From Gammaproteobacteria bacterium (GTDB lineage Bacteria; Pseudomonadota; Gammaproteobacteria; GCA-001735895), in contig JBNKUM010000033.1 in assembly GCA_050298595.1 (NCBI GenBank), forward strand, positions 1 through 53,603: a stretch of 53,603 nucleotides of DNA, given 5' to 3'. Numbering within the stretch: the stretch's first letter is position 1; every line of letters begins with the position of its first letter. Below the pieces are notes generated by a model. That model worked only from the letters and a program-made list of their open reading frames with translations, ran no database searches and was not told the DNA's origin. The position numbers and the translations under genes are program-made. This document shows positions 18,188 through 28,659 of this stretch, piece by piece.

Positions 18188-19087
18188 ATGAAAGTTTTAA
18201 GCGCCTATTTAACGGTGATCATTATCTGGAGCACCACCCCATTGGGTATTCAATGGAGTGGAAACGAGGTTGGTTTCGCTTTTGGTGTAGCTGCTCGTAT
18301 GGTCATAGGGTTAATCGCCCTTTTGCTTATCAGCCTTGTGTGGCGCATATCTCTGCCCTGGGACAGGCACAGTCGTCTGGTGTATCTGGCTGGAGGCATC
18401 CCTTTATTCCTCGCTATGTCTCTTGTTTACTGGGCTGCACAATACATTCCTTCGGGATGGATATCAGTGATCTTCGGTCTATCGCCTTTTATCACCAGCC
18501 TGTTTGCCAGAATGATACTGGGAGACAAATCTTTCAGCGTGGCAAAAACTAGCGGGATGTTGCTGGGATTAATCGGCCTGATGATTGTATTTGTAGAGAG
18601 TATCGATATCAGGCAACAGGCCTGGTTAGGTGTAGTTGGGGTCTGCCTGTCTGCCAGTGTACATTCATTGAGCTCGGTGCTGATTAAAAAGCTCAACCCG
18701 ATAATTCATCCTGTTTCTATTACCACCGGTAGCCTGCTGATGGCAACACCCCTGTTTGTAGCCAATGCATTGTATGCAGGCTTACCTGAACATATTCCCA
18801 TGCAATCGATGATGGCTATTTTTTACCTCGCAATTATGGGGTCTGCACTTGGTTTCCCGCTGTATTTTTATTGTTTAAAACAGTTGCACGCTCAGCGTGT
18901 GGCGCTCATTACCCTGATCACTCCTGTAATGGCGCTGATACTGGGCAGTGCGTTAAACCACGAAATCATCAGCCCTCGCATTGGCTATGGTACGCTATGT
19001 ATCCTGACGGGATTAGCGGTTTATGAATATGGGCATTTTTTACCACTAAAAAAGTTCTACTTGCGCTGGATTCGTTATCCGCTATAA
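18188..19087 (+). CDS. EamA/DMT-family transporter
   Basis: About 10 TM helices in two EamA repeats; IIWSTTPLGIQW, YIPSGWISVIFGLSP, ITPVMAL. Confidence 0.92.
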   Translation: MKVLSAYLTVIIIWSTTPLGIQWSGNEVGFAFGVAARMVIGLIALLLISLVWRISLPWDRHSRLVYLAGGIPLFLAMSLVYWAAQYIPSGWISVIFGLSPFITSLFARMILGDKSFSVAKTSGMLLGLIGLMIVFVESIDIRQQAWLGVVGVCLSASVHSLSSVLIKKLNPIIHPVSITTGSLLMATPLFVANALYAGLPEHIPMQSMMAIFYLAIMGSALGFPLYFYCLKQLHAQRVALITLITPVMALILGSALNHEIISPRIGYGTLCILTGLAVYEYGHFLPLKKFYLRWIRYPL

Positions 19088-19237
19088 AGAACAGCATACA
19101 ATAGTTTTATTAAACAGTATGATAAGTGGAGGTGCATTCTGCAATTCCTGATATTCCATTCCAGGAATTGCCAACTCTTAGTCCTTATTCAGGTTTAAAT
19201 AGACGAAAACTATCTGCATACAGCGCAAGGAACAAGA

Positions 19238-22200
19238 ATGGCATCAGCAGGTAACAAAAGGGCATCTACTATCAGCAACATCCTCTGTTCTGTGCTTAGT
19301 GCAGTGCTACTGCTGTTTGCGTTGAATCAGGCGGTGCAGGCTCAAGCTGTAAGGTTTAACCAGCTGGAGCTAGACTGGATAGGGAAACATCCTCAAATCA
19401 GCGTCGGCATGGATGACAGATGGCCTCCGATTGATTTTATTAACAGCGATGGTCAGCGCCAGGGAATAAGTTACGATATCCTTCAACTGATAGCTGCTCA
19501 GACCGGAATCCATTTTATACCCATCGCAGCTAATGGCTGGAATGATATGCTGAATAAGGCTGCAGCTAGAGAAATCGACATAGTTGCAACCCTGGCTAAA
19601 AATAGCGAGCGCGAAAAATCCTGGAACTTCAGCCAACCTTATTTTCAATACCCCTATGTCATAACCACTCGTAAACAGGAAAACTCACTAAACAATCTGA
19701 AATCACTGGAAGGAAAAACTGTAGCCATTGAAAAAGGATATTTTCTTCACCAGGAACTCATCAAGAATCACCCGCTTATAAATCTTCTGGTAGTAGACAA
19801 TTCGACACAGGCTTTACAGGCCGTGTCACGCGAACAGGCAGATGCCTATGTGGGCAATCAGACGGTCATTTTTTACCTGATTGAACAGCTCCGCCTGACG
19901 AACCTGAAGGTAGCAGCCGATGCTGGATATCCAGGTGGCAAGCTACACTTCGCTGTGCGTAAGGACTGGCCAGAACTGGTATCGATTATTAACAAGGTTC
20001 TGGCAAACACAGAAGAAAATCAAATAAAACAAATAGAGCGTCGATGGCTGGGACTCACTCAGAATGACTTACTCAGCCAAAACATGCCTTCCACTGTCAA
20101 ATTCACCCCTGAAGAAGAAACATGGCTGAAAAATAATAAACATCTATCAATAGGAGTGATGCAAAACTGGCCACCGATTAGCGAAGTTACCCCCACAGGG
20201 CAATTACAGGGTATAGATATAGATATTGTCAAACAACTTAACCGGCGGCTGAACAACCGAATCCATATCGTAGCTGGTCCCTGGGACAGCATATATCAGG
20301 ATATTAAAAATAAAAAACTGGACCTCATTATGGGGATTACCCCTCAACCATACCGCACCCCATTCATGGAGTTCTCAAATCCATACCTGAGTGTGCCGCA
20401 TGTCATTGTTGCGCGTCATGATATCAGCGAATTCTATGCAGACGAAAAAGCCCTGGCAGACAAGGTAATCGCACTGGAAAAAGATTTCGTCAATGTCAGC
20501 TATTTCAGGCAAAACTACCCTGATGTCATCATCCAGACCTATGAAAACACCCTGGCTGCACTAGAGGCGGTATCAAGAGGAGATGCCGATGCCTATGCAG
20601 GCAGTCGTGTTGTCGTGCTTTACCTGATTGAAAAGCAATTGCTAAGCAATCTAAAAATTCACGGTCGCCTGTCCAAACCCCCAACCGAACTGGCCATTGG
20701 AACTCGCAAGGACTACCCTATACTGGCATCGATTATTCAAAAAGTTCTGGGGGATATTTCTCCTTCAGGCGTACGTCAGATCGTCAATAAATGGATACCA
20801 TTGAATACACCTGCTGATATTGAATATAAGTTAAACCTGTCAACCGCAGAACAACAATGGTTAGATCAACACTCTGATCTAAAAGTCGGCATTATGGATA
20901 ACTGGCCGCCATTTAATTTCGTCAATGCAGCAGGAGAGCCGGAAGGAATTGGTGTCGATATTATTCATGAACTTAACCTCAGGCTGGACAATAAAATATC
21001 GATTGTTCCCGGTAAATGGAAACAGATATACAATCAGGTTAAAGATAAAAAACTCGACCTGATTCTTGATATTACCCCCAAACCAGAACGTGAAGCTTTT
21101 TTTAATTTCACAACCCCCTATCTAGACATACCACACGTCATCATCGCGCAACAAAAAAATATCTTCTATCGATCTGAGGATGATCTGGGCAATAAAATAC
21201 TCGCATTGGAAGAAGGTTTTGGAAACGTCAAATACTTCCAGCAAAAATACCCTGATGTTCATATCAAGCTTTACCCTGATACAGAACTGGCACTGGAAGC
21301 GGTTTCTCGTGACGAGGCAGATGCCTATGCCGGCAATCGGGTCGTGGCACTATACCTGATCGATAAACTGGCTCTGTCCAACCTCAAGGTACATGGAAGA
21401 TTGAATAAACCAGGCTCCATTCTGGCTATAGCTTCACGTAAGGATTACCCAATTTTACGTAATATCCTGCAAAAAGTGCTGGATAGCATAGGTGAAAATA
21501 AAATACGCGAAATAAAAAACAGATGGCTGGGACAGGGGGCTGATACTGATGCTATACCCGAATTAAAGCTAACGAATGAACAGAAGCTCTGGTTACAAAA
21601 ACACCCGGTTATCAGACCTGGTGTGGATGCGAAATGGAAACCGCTCGAATATATTGATGAACAGGGCAATTACCAGGGACTGTCTTCCGATTTTATAAAA
21701 TACTTTACCCGGCAAATTGGGGTTAGACTGGAAGAACCCGCAGAAATCACCTGGGCTGAAATATTAAAGGGTTTACGCGAAAAAAATATTGATCTTTCCC
21801 CCTTATTAATAAAAACAGCAGAGCGCAGTGAGTACCTTAACTTCACCAAGCCTTACCTCTCTTTCCCGGTGGTGATATTTAATCAACGCGGAACCACTCT
21901 GCTAGGAGGCCTGAGTGATCTTGACGAGAAAAAAGTAGGTATGGTCGAGGGCTACGCAATTGCCGAATTGATCCAGCAGGATCATCCAGAAATTCAACAG
22001 GTTAAATTTAATGATACGCTTGAAGGTTTGCAGGCGCTGGCAACCGGTAAGATAGATGCCTACATAGATGTGCTGTCAGTGGGTGCTTACCTGATCGCTT
22101 CAAATGGAATGTCCAATCTACAGGTGGCCGCCTCTACGCCCTATCAACATGATTTTTCAATCGGGGTGCGCAAAGACTGGCCTGAATTGATCCCTATTCT

Positions 22201-24994
22201 CAACCAGGCAATAGATCAATTACCGCCAGTAACCAAGAATCAATTTCTTAAAAAATGGCTGGTAGTCAAGTATCAGAAAGAAATTGATTACACCCTGCTC
22301 TTCTGGGTGGTTGCAGTCGCAGTATTGATATTCATCATTCTATCGCTGAGAGCACGCGAAATGACGCGTATAAACGCCCAGCTCACCGAAGGCCGTGAAC
22401 GACTGGCTCTGACGCTGGAATCTGCCGAGTTAGGCACATTTGAAATAAAATTCCACAAAAATTCAAACACACAGTTCAATTACGATGAAGCTTTCGCTGC
22501 ACATCACCATCTTGAGCAACAACTCGAATTTAAAGACACCAGCGAATTCTTTCAACATATATCCCCTGATCAGGCTCAGATGGTGCGCGATCGACTAATA
22601 CAATATGTAAAAGGAGAAACAGATCAATTCAAGGTGGAATATCAAATCGCAGCAAATCAGCACTGGATATCCACTCAGGGTCGAATTTTTGAGCGTGATA
22701 ATAAAGGTTGGGCTCACAGGATAATAGGTATTAGTCAGGATATAAACGAACGCAAGCAAGCCCAGATAGCCATGGAAAGATCCAGTCAGTTCAAAAGCCA
22801 GTTTCTGGCTAACATGAGTCATGAAATCAGAACACCGATGAATGCTATTGTTGGTCTGGGACATCTACTACTCAGAAGTGGCTTAAATAAAAAACAGTCC
22901 GAATACCTGACTAATCTGCAAAAATCCGCCAAAATTCTGTTGGGGCTAATAGATGATATTCTTGATTTTTCGAAGATTGAGGCCGGTCACCTTAGAATCG
23001 AATATATCACATTCAATCTTGAAGAATTGCTGATCGATCTTTCTGAAATGACCGCTTTACGCATGACTCAGGAGAATGTGGAATTTATCATCGATATAGG
23101 TCCCAAAGTGCCTAAAAATCTGATTGGTGACTCCTTCCGGCTTAATCAGGTACTGACTAATCTGGTATCCAATGCGATCAAATTTACTGAGGCTGGAGAT
23201 ATTGTACTGAAGGTTAGCCTGGTAAATCACACTCATCAAAAAGTAACGCTGTTGTTTTCAGTCAGCGACACGGGTATAGGTATTGATAAAAATAACCTCG
23301 CCACCTTATTTGACCCCTTCATTCAGGAGGATGGTTCTACTACCCGCAAGTATGGCGGCACAGGTCTTGGCTTATCAATCAGCAAACAGCTCACTCAGCT
23401 AATGGGTGGGGAGCTAAAAGCCGAAAGTGAAAAAGGCAAAGGCAGTCGATTTTACTTCAGCCTGCCATTCAAACTCGCCAAACATGATGGCAATAAACGT
23501 TTACTCACCCCACCAAGCACTGACCTACGTGGCATGCATGTACTCATCGCAGATGACAACCCAACGTCCTTACAGATTCTTACCGATACTCTGGGTTCAC
23601 TTAACTTCAAGGTCAGCAGTGTTAATTCAGGCGATCAGGCAATTCAGATGTTGAAGCAAACTTCCCACAAGTTTGATCTGTTACTGATAGACTGGCGTAT
23701 GCCTGACAAGGATGGCATAGACACAGCAAGTGAAATAAAGCAAAGCCTCAGTATTGAAAAAATGCCACTCATTATTCTAATGACGGCTTATGGTAAAGAT
23801 CTCATTGAAATAGATAGCGACAAATTTCTTCTCGATGGAATATTAATTAAACCAATCACGCCTTCTTCGCTATTTAATGCCATTATTCAGGCGAAAAACA
23901 ACACAGCCGACCACCAACTATCCATCAAATCTGACGAAGTATCCCCAAAAGAGATTAAAGGTCTGGTCGGAGAGGTTATTCTGGCAGAAGATAACCTGAT
24001 AAATCAGCAGGTCGCGCTGGAAATTTTACAGCAAATGGGCGTCGATGTTCTTGTTTGTTCAAATGGTATCGAAGTACTCGATTTACTGAAAACTACGACC
24101 CCGGACATGATTCTAATGGATATTCAGATGCCGGAGATGGATGGCTACGAAACCACAAAAATAATCAGAAGCGATGCACAATTCGATGATCTCCCCATCA
24201 TTGCCATGACCGCCAATGCAATGAAAGAAGATATTCAGAAATCCAGAGATGTTGGTATGCAAGGACATATCAGCAAACCGGTAGATCCAGAAATTCTGTA
24301 TCAAACATTGTGTCAATACCTGGATTTTACAGATAGCAACAAGCTACACGGTCAAGCTGCTGAGGAAAAACATCAGCCAATATCTGCTGTACAAAGCTGG
24401 CCTGATTCGATAGCAGGATTAAATATCAAGCAGGGTATACAACAGGTAGGTGGCAATGAGCAACTTTACCAGAAGCTGTTGAAAGATTTTTTGCATAATC
24501 ACGAGCATCTGGGAGAGGATCTGGAAAAATATATTCAGCAAAATAATCAGCAACAGGCCACTCGCTCAGCCCATACCTTAAAAGGTGTATCTGGAAATAT
24601 TGGCGCAGAAAGACTGTATCAGGTATCCAGTGAAATTGATCAGAAACTTAAGCAGGGATTGCCGATAGAAAGCGCACTTCTGGATGAATTTTCCAGCGCC
24701 TTTAATGAGTTAAGCGAGGGTATACATCAACTACAATTAAAGCAGAATGATGAACCGAATGTTGAAGCAAAAGCAAGCAGTGAAGTCGGGCTGCAGAAGC
24801 TACTACAAAGTCTACACAACAGCGACGCTAACTCAGGCCTGTTACTGGATAATTTAACACCTGAACTCATACCCCTTATTGGAGCAGAGGCTATGGAACG
24901 TATATCCCAACTGGTAGCTGATTTCGAATTCGAACAGGCTACAGATATTCTCACCCAAAATTTGCAAGAGAAGCGTAATGAACACCGAAAATAA
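19238..24994 (+). CDS. Hybrid sensor histidine kinase: 4x periplasmic SBP (BvgS/EvgS-like), TM, PAS, HisKA, HATPase, 2x REC, Hpt
   Basis: Four repeats of W-P/K-P...G..G...DAY...RKD; FLANMSHEIRTPMN; NLVSNAIKFT; DTGIGI; GGTGLGL; two receiver domains (DWRMP, DIQMP); AHTLKGVSGNIGA. Confidence 0.95.
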   Translation: MASAGNKRASTISNILCSVLSAVLLLFALNQAVQAQAVRFNQLELDWIGKHPQISVGMDDRWPPIDFINSDGQRQGISYDILQLIAAQTGIHFIPIAANGWNDMLNKAAAREIDIVATLAKNSEREKSWNFSQPYFQYPYVITTRKQENSLNNLKSLEGKTVAIEKGYFLHQELIKNHPLINLLVVDNSTQALQAVSREQADAYVGNQTVIFYLIEQLRLTNLKVAADAGYPGGKLHFAVRKDWPELVSIINKVLANTEENQIKQIERRWLGLTQNDLLSQNMPSTVKFTPEEETWLKNNKHLSIGVMQNWPPISEVTPTGQLQGIDIDIVKQLNRRLNNRIHIVAGPWDSIYQDIKNKKLDLIMGITPQPYRTPFMEFSNPYLSVPHVIVARHDISEFYADEKALADKVIALEKDFVNVSYFRQNYPDVIIQTYENTLAALEAVSRGDADAYAGSRVVVLYLIEKQLLSNLKIHGRLSKPPTELAIGTRKDYPILASIIQKVLGDISPSGVRQIVNKWIPLNTPADIEYKLNLSTAEQQWLDQHSDLKVGIMDNWPPFNFVNAAGEPEGIGVDIIHELNLRLDNKISIVPGKWKQIYNQVKDKKLDLILDITPKPEREAFFNFTTPYLDIPHVIIAQQKNIFYRSEDDLGNKILALEEGFGNVKYFQQKYPDVHIKLYPDTELALEAVSRDEADAYAGNRVVALYLIDKLALSNLKVHGRLNKPGSILAIASRKDYPILRNILQKVLDSIGENKIREIKNRWLGQGADTDAIPELKLTNEQKLWLQKHPVIRPGVDAKWKPLEYIDEQGNYQGLSSDFIKYFTRQIGVRLEEPAEITWAEILKGLREKNIDLSPLLIKTAERSEYLNFTKPYLSFPVVIFNQRGTTLLGGLSDLDEKKVGMVEGYAIAELIQQDHPEIQQVKFNDTLEGLQALATGKIDAYIDVLSVGAYLIASNGMSNLQVAASTPYQHDFSIGVRKDWPELIPILNQAIDQLPPVTKNQFLKKWLVVKYQKEIDYTLLFWVVAVAVLIFIILSLRAREMTRINAQLTEGRERLALTLESAELGTFEIKFHKNSNTQFNYDEAFAAHHHLEQQLEFKDTSEFFQHISPDQAQMVRDRLIQYVKGETDQFKVEYQIAANQHWISTQGRIFERDNKGWAHRIIGISQDINERKQAQIAMERSSQFKSQFLANMSHEIRTPMNAIVGLGHLLLRSGLNKKQSEYLTNLQKSAKILLGLIDDILDFSKIEAGHLRIEYITFNLEELLIDLSEMTALRMTQENVEFIIDIGPKVPKNLIGDSFRLNQVLTNLVSNAIKFTEAGDIVLKVSLVNHTHQKVTLLFSVSDTGIGIDKNNLATLFDPFIQEDGSTTRKYGGTGLGLSISKQLTQLMGGELKAESEKGKGSRFYFSLPFKLAKHDGNKRLLTPPSTDLRGMHVLIADDNPTSLQILTDTLGSLNFKVSSVNSGDQAIQMLKQTSHKFDLLLIDWRMPDKDGIDTASEIKQSLSIEKMPLIILMTAYGKDLIEIDSDKFLLDGILIKPITPSSLFNAIIQAKNNTADHQLSIKSDEVSPKEIKGLVGEVILAEDNLINQQVALEILQQMGVDVLVCSNGIEVLDLLKTTTPDMILMDIQMPEMDGYETTKIIRSDAQFDDLPIIAMTANAMKEDIQKSRDVGMQGHISKPVDPEILYQTLCQYLDFTDSNKLHGQAAEEKHQPISAVQSWPDSIAGLNIKQGIQQVGGNEQLYQKLLKDFLHNHEHLGEDLEKYIQQNNQQQATRSAHTLKGVSGNIGAERLYQVSSEIDQKLKQGLPIESALLDEFSSAFNELSEGIHQLQLKQNDEPNVEAKASSEVGLQKLLQSLHNSDANSGLLLDNLTPELIPLIGAEAMERISQLVADFEFEQATDILTQNLQEKRNEHRK

Positions 24995-26096
24995 TAGCCA
25001 TACACGTATTCTTGTTATTGATGATGAACCTTTTTTTCTAGGATTGTTAAGCGATGCTCTAACACCGCACTTTCAGGTTTCACTGGCTAAAAATGGTGAA
25101 TATGGAATAAATCTGGCACAGGGAGCAAGCCCCCCTGATCTGATCCTTTTAGATATTTTGATGCCCAATATGGACGGCTATGAAACCTGTCGCAGGCTCA
25201 AGCAGAATCCACTCACTAGCGAAATCCCAGTCATTTTCCTGACCGCCAAGCAGGAAATAGAAGATGAACTAAAGGGCTTCCAACTGGGTGCACTAGACTA
25301 TATTACCAAGCCCATAAGCATCCCCCTGTTACTCGCCAGGGTAAAAACTCAACTGACAGCAGCAGAGCATCGTCTGGCGCTGGAACAACTTGTTCAGGAG
25401 CGCACCAGGGAACTGGAACGTACAAAAGATGCCATTGTTTACAGCATGGGAGAAATGGCTGAAATGCGCGATAAAGAAACGGGTAATCACCTGTTGCGCA
25501 CTAGCGAATATGTTTATGCTCTTGCTAAACAAATGGCTACCCTGCCACGTTATCAATCTACCTTAAGCCCTCGCATGATAACAGCCTATGCACGTGCAGC
25601 ACCGTTGCATGATGTTGGCAAAATAGCAGTGCCAGATAGTATTTTGCAGAAACCAGAAAAACTCGACCCGGAAGAATGGGAAGTTATGAAAAAGCACCCA
25701 GTGTATGGCAAACAAATAATAGAGAGTGCGGAGAGAAAAATTGGCACGACTCTATTCATACAGGTTGCCAAGGACATCGCCTACTGCCACCACGAAAAAT
25801 GGGATGGTAGCGGTTATCCGCAGGGTCTGAAAAAGGAACAGACCCCGTTATCGGCCAGATTGATGGCACTAGCGGATGTGTATGATGCATTGTCCACCGG
25901 ACGCCCATATAAAAAGATTTTTAGTCACGAAACTGCAACAGATATGATCATGCAACAACGCGGTATGCATTTCGACCCACTGGTGACAGACTGTTTTGAA
26001 CAACTCAATGAAGAGTTCCAGTTAATTTCACGCAGAAACAATCACCATATACACATAAATAAGCCCAATAACAACAGCAAGGTAACAAGCCATTGA
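24978..26096 (+). CDS. Response regulator with HD-GYP c-di-GMP phosphodiesterase domain (RpfG-like)
   Basis: REC (DILMP) plus ETGNH, LHDVGK, HHEKWDGSGYP, ADVYDAL, RPYK. Confidence 0.94.
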   Translation: MNTENNSHTRILVIDDEPFFLGLLSDALTPHFQVSLAKNGEYGINLAQGASPPDLILLDILMPNMDGYETCRRLKQNPLTSEIPVIFLTAKQEIEDELKGFQLGALDYITKPISIPLLLARVKTQLTAAEHRLALEQLVQERTRELERTKDAIVYSMGEMAEMRDKETGNHLLRTSEYVYALAKQMATLPRYQSTLSPRMITAYARAAPLHDVGKIAVPDSILQKPEKLDPEEWEVMKKHPVYGKQIIESAERKIGTTLFIQVAKDIAYCHHEKWDGSGYPQGLKKEQTPLSARLMALADVYDALSTGRPYKKIFSHETATDMIMQQRGMHFDPLVTDCFEQLNEEFQLISRRNNHHIHINKPNNNSKVTSH

Positions 26097-26192
26097 TCGA
26101 GATAATGAACCTTATAGTTATCAATAATGTAATTAATTAACTAAGCATTGTTATCGATCCTGGCTTATTATAATTCCAAAAGGATGAGTAAA

Positions 26193-26624
26193 ATGAAGAG
26201 CAATACAGTCCAAAAACCCAGATTATTAATCGTTGATGACGAAAGCTTTTATACTGAAGTACTGGATAATCTTCTGAATCAGGAATATGAGATAGATATC
26301 GTACACAATGGTGAAGACGCACTAAATCATGCTGCGAGCGATCCAGTACCCGATTTGATTCTGCTGGATATCATGATGCAGGATCTCGATGGCTATGAAG
26401 TCTGCAAATTGCTCAAGAAAAATCCTCAAACAAAAAATATTCCAGTGATTTTTCTGACTGTGCGTAGCGACGTTGACGATGAAGTACTGGGATTTAACCT
26501 GGGTGCTGTTGACTATATAACTAAACCCATGAGTCCTCCTATCGTTCGTGCCCGCATTCGTACTCATATCGAAATTCAACAATTACGCAAAAGACTGGAA
26601 AAGCTGTTAGTCGAGTGTAAATAA
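26193..26624 (+). CDS. Response regulator (receiver plus short coiled-coil)
   Basis: LLIVDD, LLDIMM, IFLT, DYITKP; start 26193 or 26184 more plausible than 26148. Confidence 0.9.
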   Translation: MKSNTVQKPRLLIVDDESFYTEVLDNLLNQEYEIDIVHNGEDALNHAASDPVPDLILLDIMMQDLDGYEVCKLLKKNPQTKNIPVIFLTVRSDVDDEVLGFNLGAVDYITKPMSPPIVRARIRTHIEIQQLRKRLEKLLVECK

Positions 26625-26724
26625 GCGGCCTACTCCTTGGTAATATTGACGATAGTCATATCGTAAAAACATAATACAGTTTCAGAATTTATCTTATTTT
26701 TTTAACTTTTTTATGGAGAAGACT

Positions 26725-27297
26725 ATGTCTTTAAATCGTCATTTTTTAACCGCCCTGACCGCAACCGCCCTGCTATCGGTTTCATCCTTGCAGGCTGAGC
26801 AAGTCAATCAGGGTGAATTAAAAAAAGAAGCCATCAACCTGGTTAAACAGTTCGGTGGTACGCTCAAACCAGAACTTAAAAAAGCTCTGAAAAGCGGTGG
26901 TCCTGCCCATGCCATTGGCATCTGTTCAGAGAAAGCACCCGAAATCGCTAAAAACCTGCGCGATTCAAGCGGCTGGTATATCAAGCGCGTCAGTCTGAAA
27001 GCTCGCAACAGTAGCTCTGCAACCCCTGATAGCTGGGAGCAAAAGGTACTAAAACAATTTGACGCACGTCAGGCCAAAGGCGAGTCAGCCGAAAAAATGG
27101 CCTATTCAGAAATTGTTGATGGCAAGTTCCGGTTTATGAAAGCCCAGGGTGCAGGAAAACTATGTCTGAACTGTCACGGGGCCGAAGTAACACCAGAAGT
27201 AGAAGCGGCTCTTAAGGAAAAATATCCAGACGATAAGGCACGTGGCTATAGCCTCGGTCAGATTCGCGGTGCCTTCAGCCTCGCTAAAGACCTGTAA
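26725..27297 (+). CDS. DUF3365 (Tll0287-like) periplasmic c-type heme protein
   Basis: Signal peptide; AIGIC, RVSLKARN, PDSWE, CLNCHG, YPDDKARGY, RGAFS; GGAG RBS before ATG 26725. Confidence 0.9.
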   Translation: MSLNRHFLTALTATALLSVSSLQAEQVNQGELKKEAINLVKQFGGTLKPELKKALKSGGPAHAIGICSEKAPEIAKNLRDSSGWYIKRVSLKARNSSSATPDSWEQKVLKQFDARQAKGESAEKMAYSEIVDGKFRFMKAQGAGKLCLNCHGAEVTPEVEAALKEKYPDDKARGYSLGQIRGAFSLAKDL

Positions 27298-27310
27298 AAC
27301 CTTCATCACT

Positions 27311-27346
27311 AATCCTGCGCCAGAAACCCTTCTGGTGCAGGATTTT
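27311..27346. terminator. Terminator between convergent genes
   Basis: AATCCTGCGCCAGAA/TTCTGGTGCAGGATT stem followed by T residues. Confidence 0.65.
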
Positions 27347-27361
27347 ATAACCCAAAATTTC

Positions 27362-27868
27362 TCACTTCTCAGCGATCACCACCGACCACCAGGGTCCTGC
27401 CGATTTACCTAGCAAAGCCGCCCAGTACCAGGCCGACACATCACTCCAGCTATTACCGGCATCATCATAGATGCGTTCATACACGCGCAATGAATCCTCA
27501 CCCCGGCTTGCCAGAAACTGACTCCATTTAGCCTCACCAGATCGCGTTGCCAGTGGCAATGGGCTAATCGAAAAACCCACCCCGCGTAGACAATCACTGG
27601 CCGGATGCAGTTTACGCGTAGGACTGAATACCCAGCGCAGGATATATTCACGCCGACCATCGCTAAAACGCTGAATACGTCCGGGAAAATCGCGTACAAA
27701 AAGACGCTCCTTTTCACTCAGTAGCAGCGGCTTGAGTAGTTGCCCCTCCAGCTGTGTTGGCCAGCCGGGAAAAGCCTGGGCACTGGACTCAAGCGCCGAG
27801 CTGCCAGCGAACAAGGGCAGCACTGCTGCACATATGCAAAGCAATAAATAGGGGATCAGGCGGGACAT
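27362..27868 (-). CDS. Exosortase-associated exported protein
   Basis: GAGG RBS and ATG at 27868; signal-like N-terminus; FPGWP, FPGRIQRF, RKLHPASDC, WSDVSAWYW. Confidence 0.75.
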   Translation of the reverse strand: MSRLIPYLLLCICAAVLPLFAGSSALESSAQAFPGWPTQLEGQLLKPLLLSEKERLFVRDFPGRIQRFSDGRREYILRWVFSPTRKLHPASDCLRGVGFSISPLPLATRSGEAKWSQFLASRGEDSLRVYERIYDDAGNSWSDVSAWYWAALLGKSAGPWWSVVIAEK

Positions 27869-28659
27869 AGTACAGACCTCGGAGCAAGCCTGTCGGCTAA
27901 CCACAGAATAGCCACTGCGGCAGCGATAAAAGTAACCATACCCACCCCATCGTGTGCCCAGGCAGGCATAGCAATCAGACCTGACTCAATATAAAACAGC
28001 GCCGTGGCGCGCAAGATATTGGCCGCGATAATAATTCCCAGTGTCATCGAGCTGAGTGCAACCAGTCTAGCCAGGTGCATACGGTACACACAGGCTAGAG
28101 TAAAACACAGATAAAAGCCAAACCACATCATCTTAATACCGCTACAGGGCGCATCAATCGATACCGCCCCTCCATCCCAGTTCAGTAACGTTCCAGTATG
28201 AGTTACCGCCAGTCCATTCAGTTGCAGCAAATGCGCCGCCAGATTACCCACCAGCCAGCGTAGTGGATAACCCAGAAAAAACTGTAAAGACGCCATCACC
28301 GGCAAAGACAACAGCAACAAACCCCACAGCGCCGGAGATAAACCCCTGCCCAGAAAATACTGCGAGCATAAAACCCCCAGCAGGGTAATAGCGATAGCAG
28401 CACGAAAGATGGGTGGCAGGAATACATAACTGCACAGATAAACCAGCATCAACAGGCTAAGCGTGAGCAATGGAATCCGTGCCTGCCTGTCATTAGCTCG
28501 CTGATTCAGCAGATAGCCAATGGCAGTAATCAATGCCAGCACACCAAATTTCTCATCCGAGCTATCCAGCAGACGACTCGTATACCATTCAAGCACAGGC
28601 CACAGTGCAAGCAGGCTGGCACTGAACAATAGTGTCATTTGATTTGGTTTTAAGTTCAT
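27856..28659 (-). CDS. Exosortase/archaeosortase-family transpeptidase (XrtQ-like)
   Basis: About 8 TM helices; Cys-Arg-His triad in IDAPCSG, ANILRA and HDGVG. Confidence 0.88.
   Translation of the reverse strand: MNLKPNQMTLLFSASLLALWPVLEWYTSRLLDSSDEKFGVLALITAIGYLLNQRANDRQARIPLLTLSLLMLVYLCSYVFLPPIFRAAIAITLLGVLCSQYFLGRGLSPALWGLLLLSLPVMASLQFFLGYPLRWLVGNLAAHLLQLNGLAVTHTGTLLNWDGGAVSIDAPCSGIKMMWFGFYLCFTLACVYRMHLARLVALSSMTLGIIIAANILRATALFYIESGLIAMPAWAHDGVGMVTFIAAAVAILWLADRLAPRSVLCPA

Noticed and set aside
19141-19171. Perfect 10-bp hairpin GCAATTCCTG/CAGGAATTGC after the DMT gene
   Set aside because: No U-tract and no second copy seen; function cannot be assigned.
27856-27904. Frameshift splitting one long exosortase gene
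   Set aside because: The downstream ORF has its own GAGG RBS, ATG (27868) and signal-like N-terminus, so two coupled genes is simpler.
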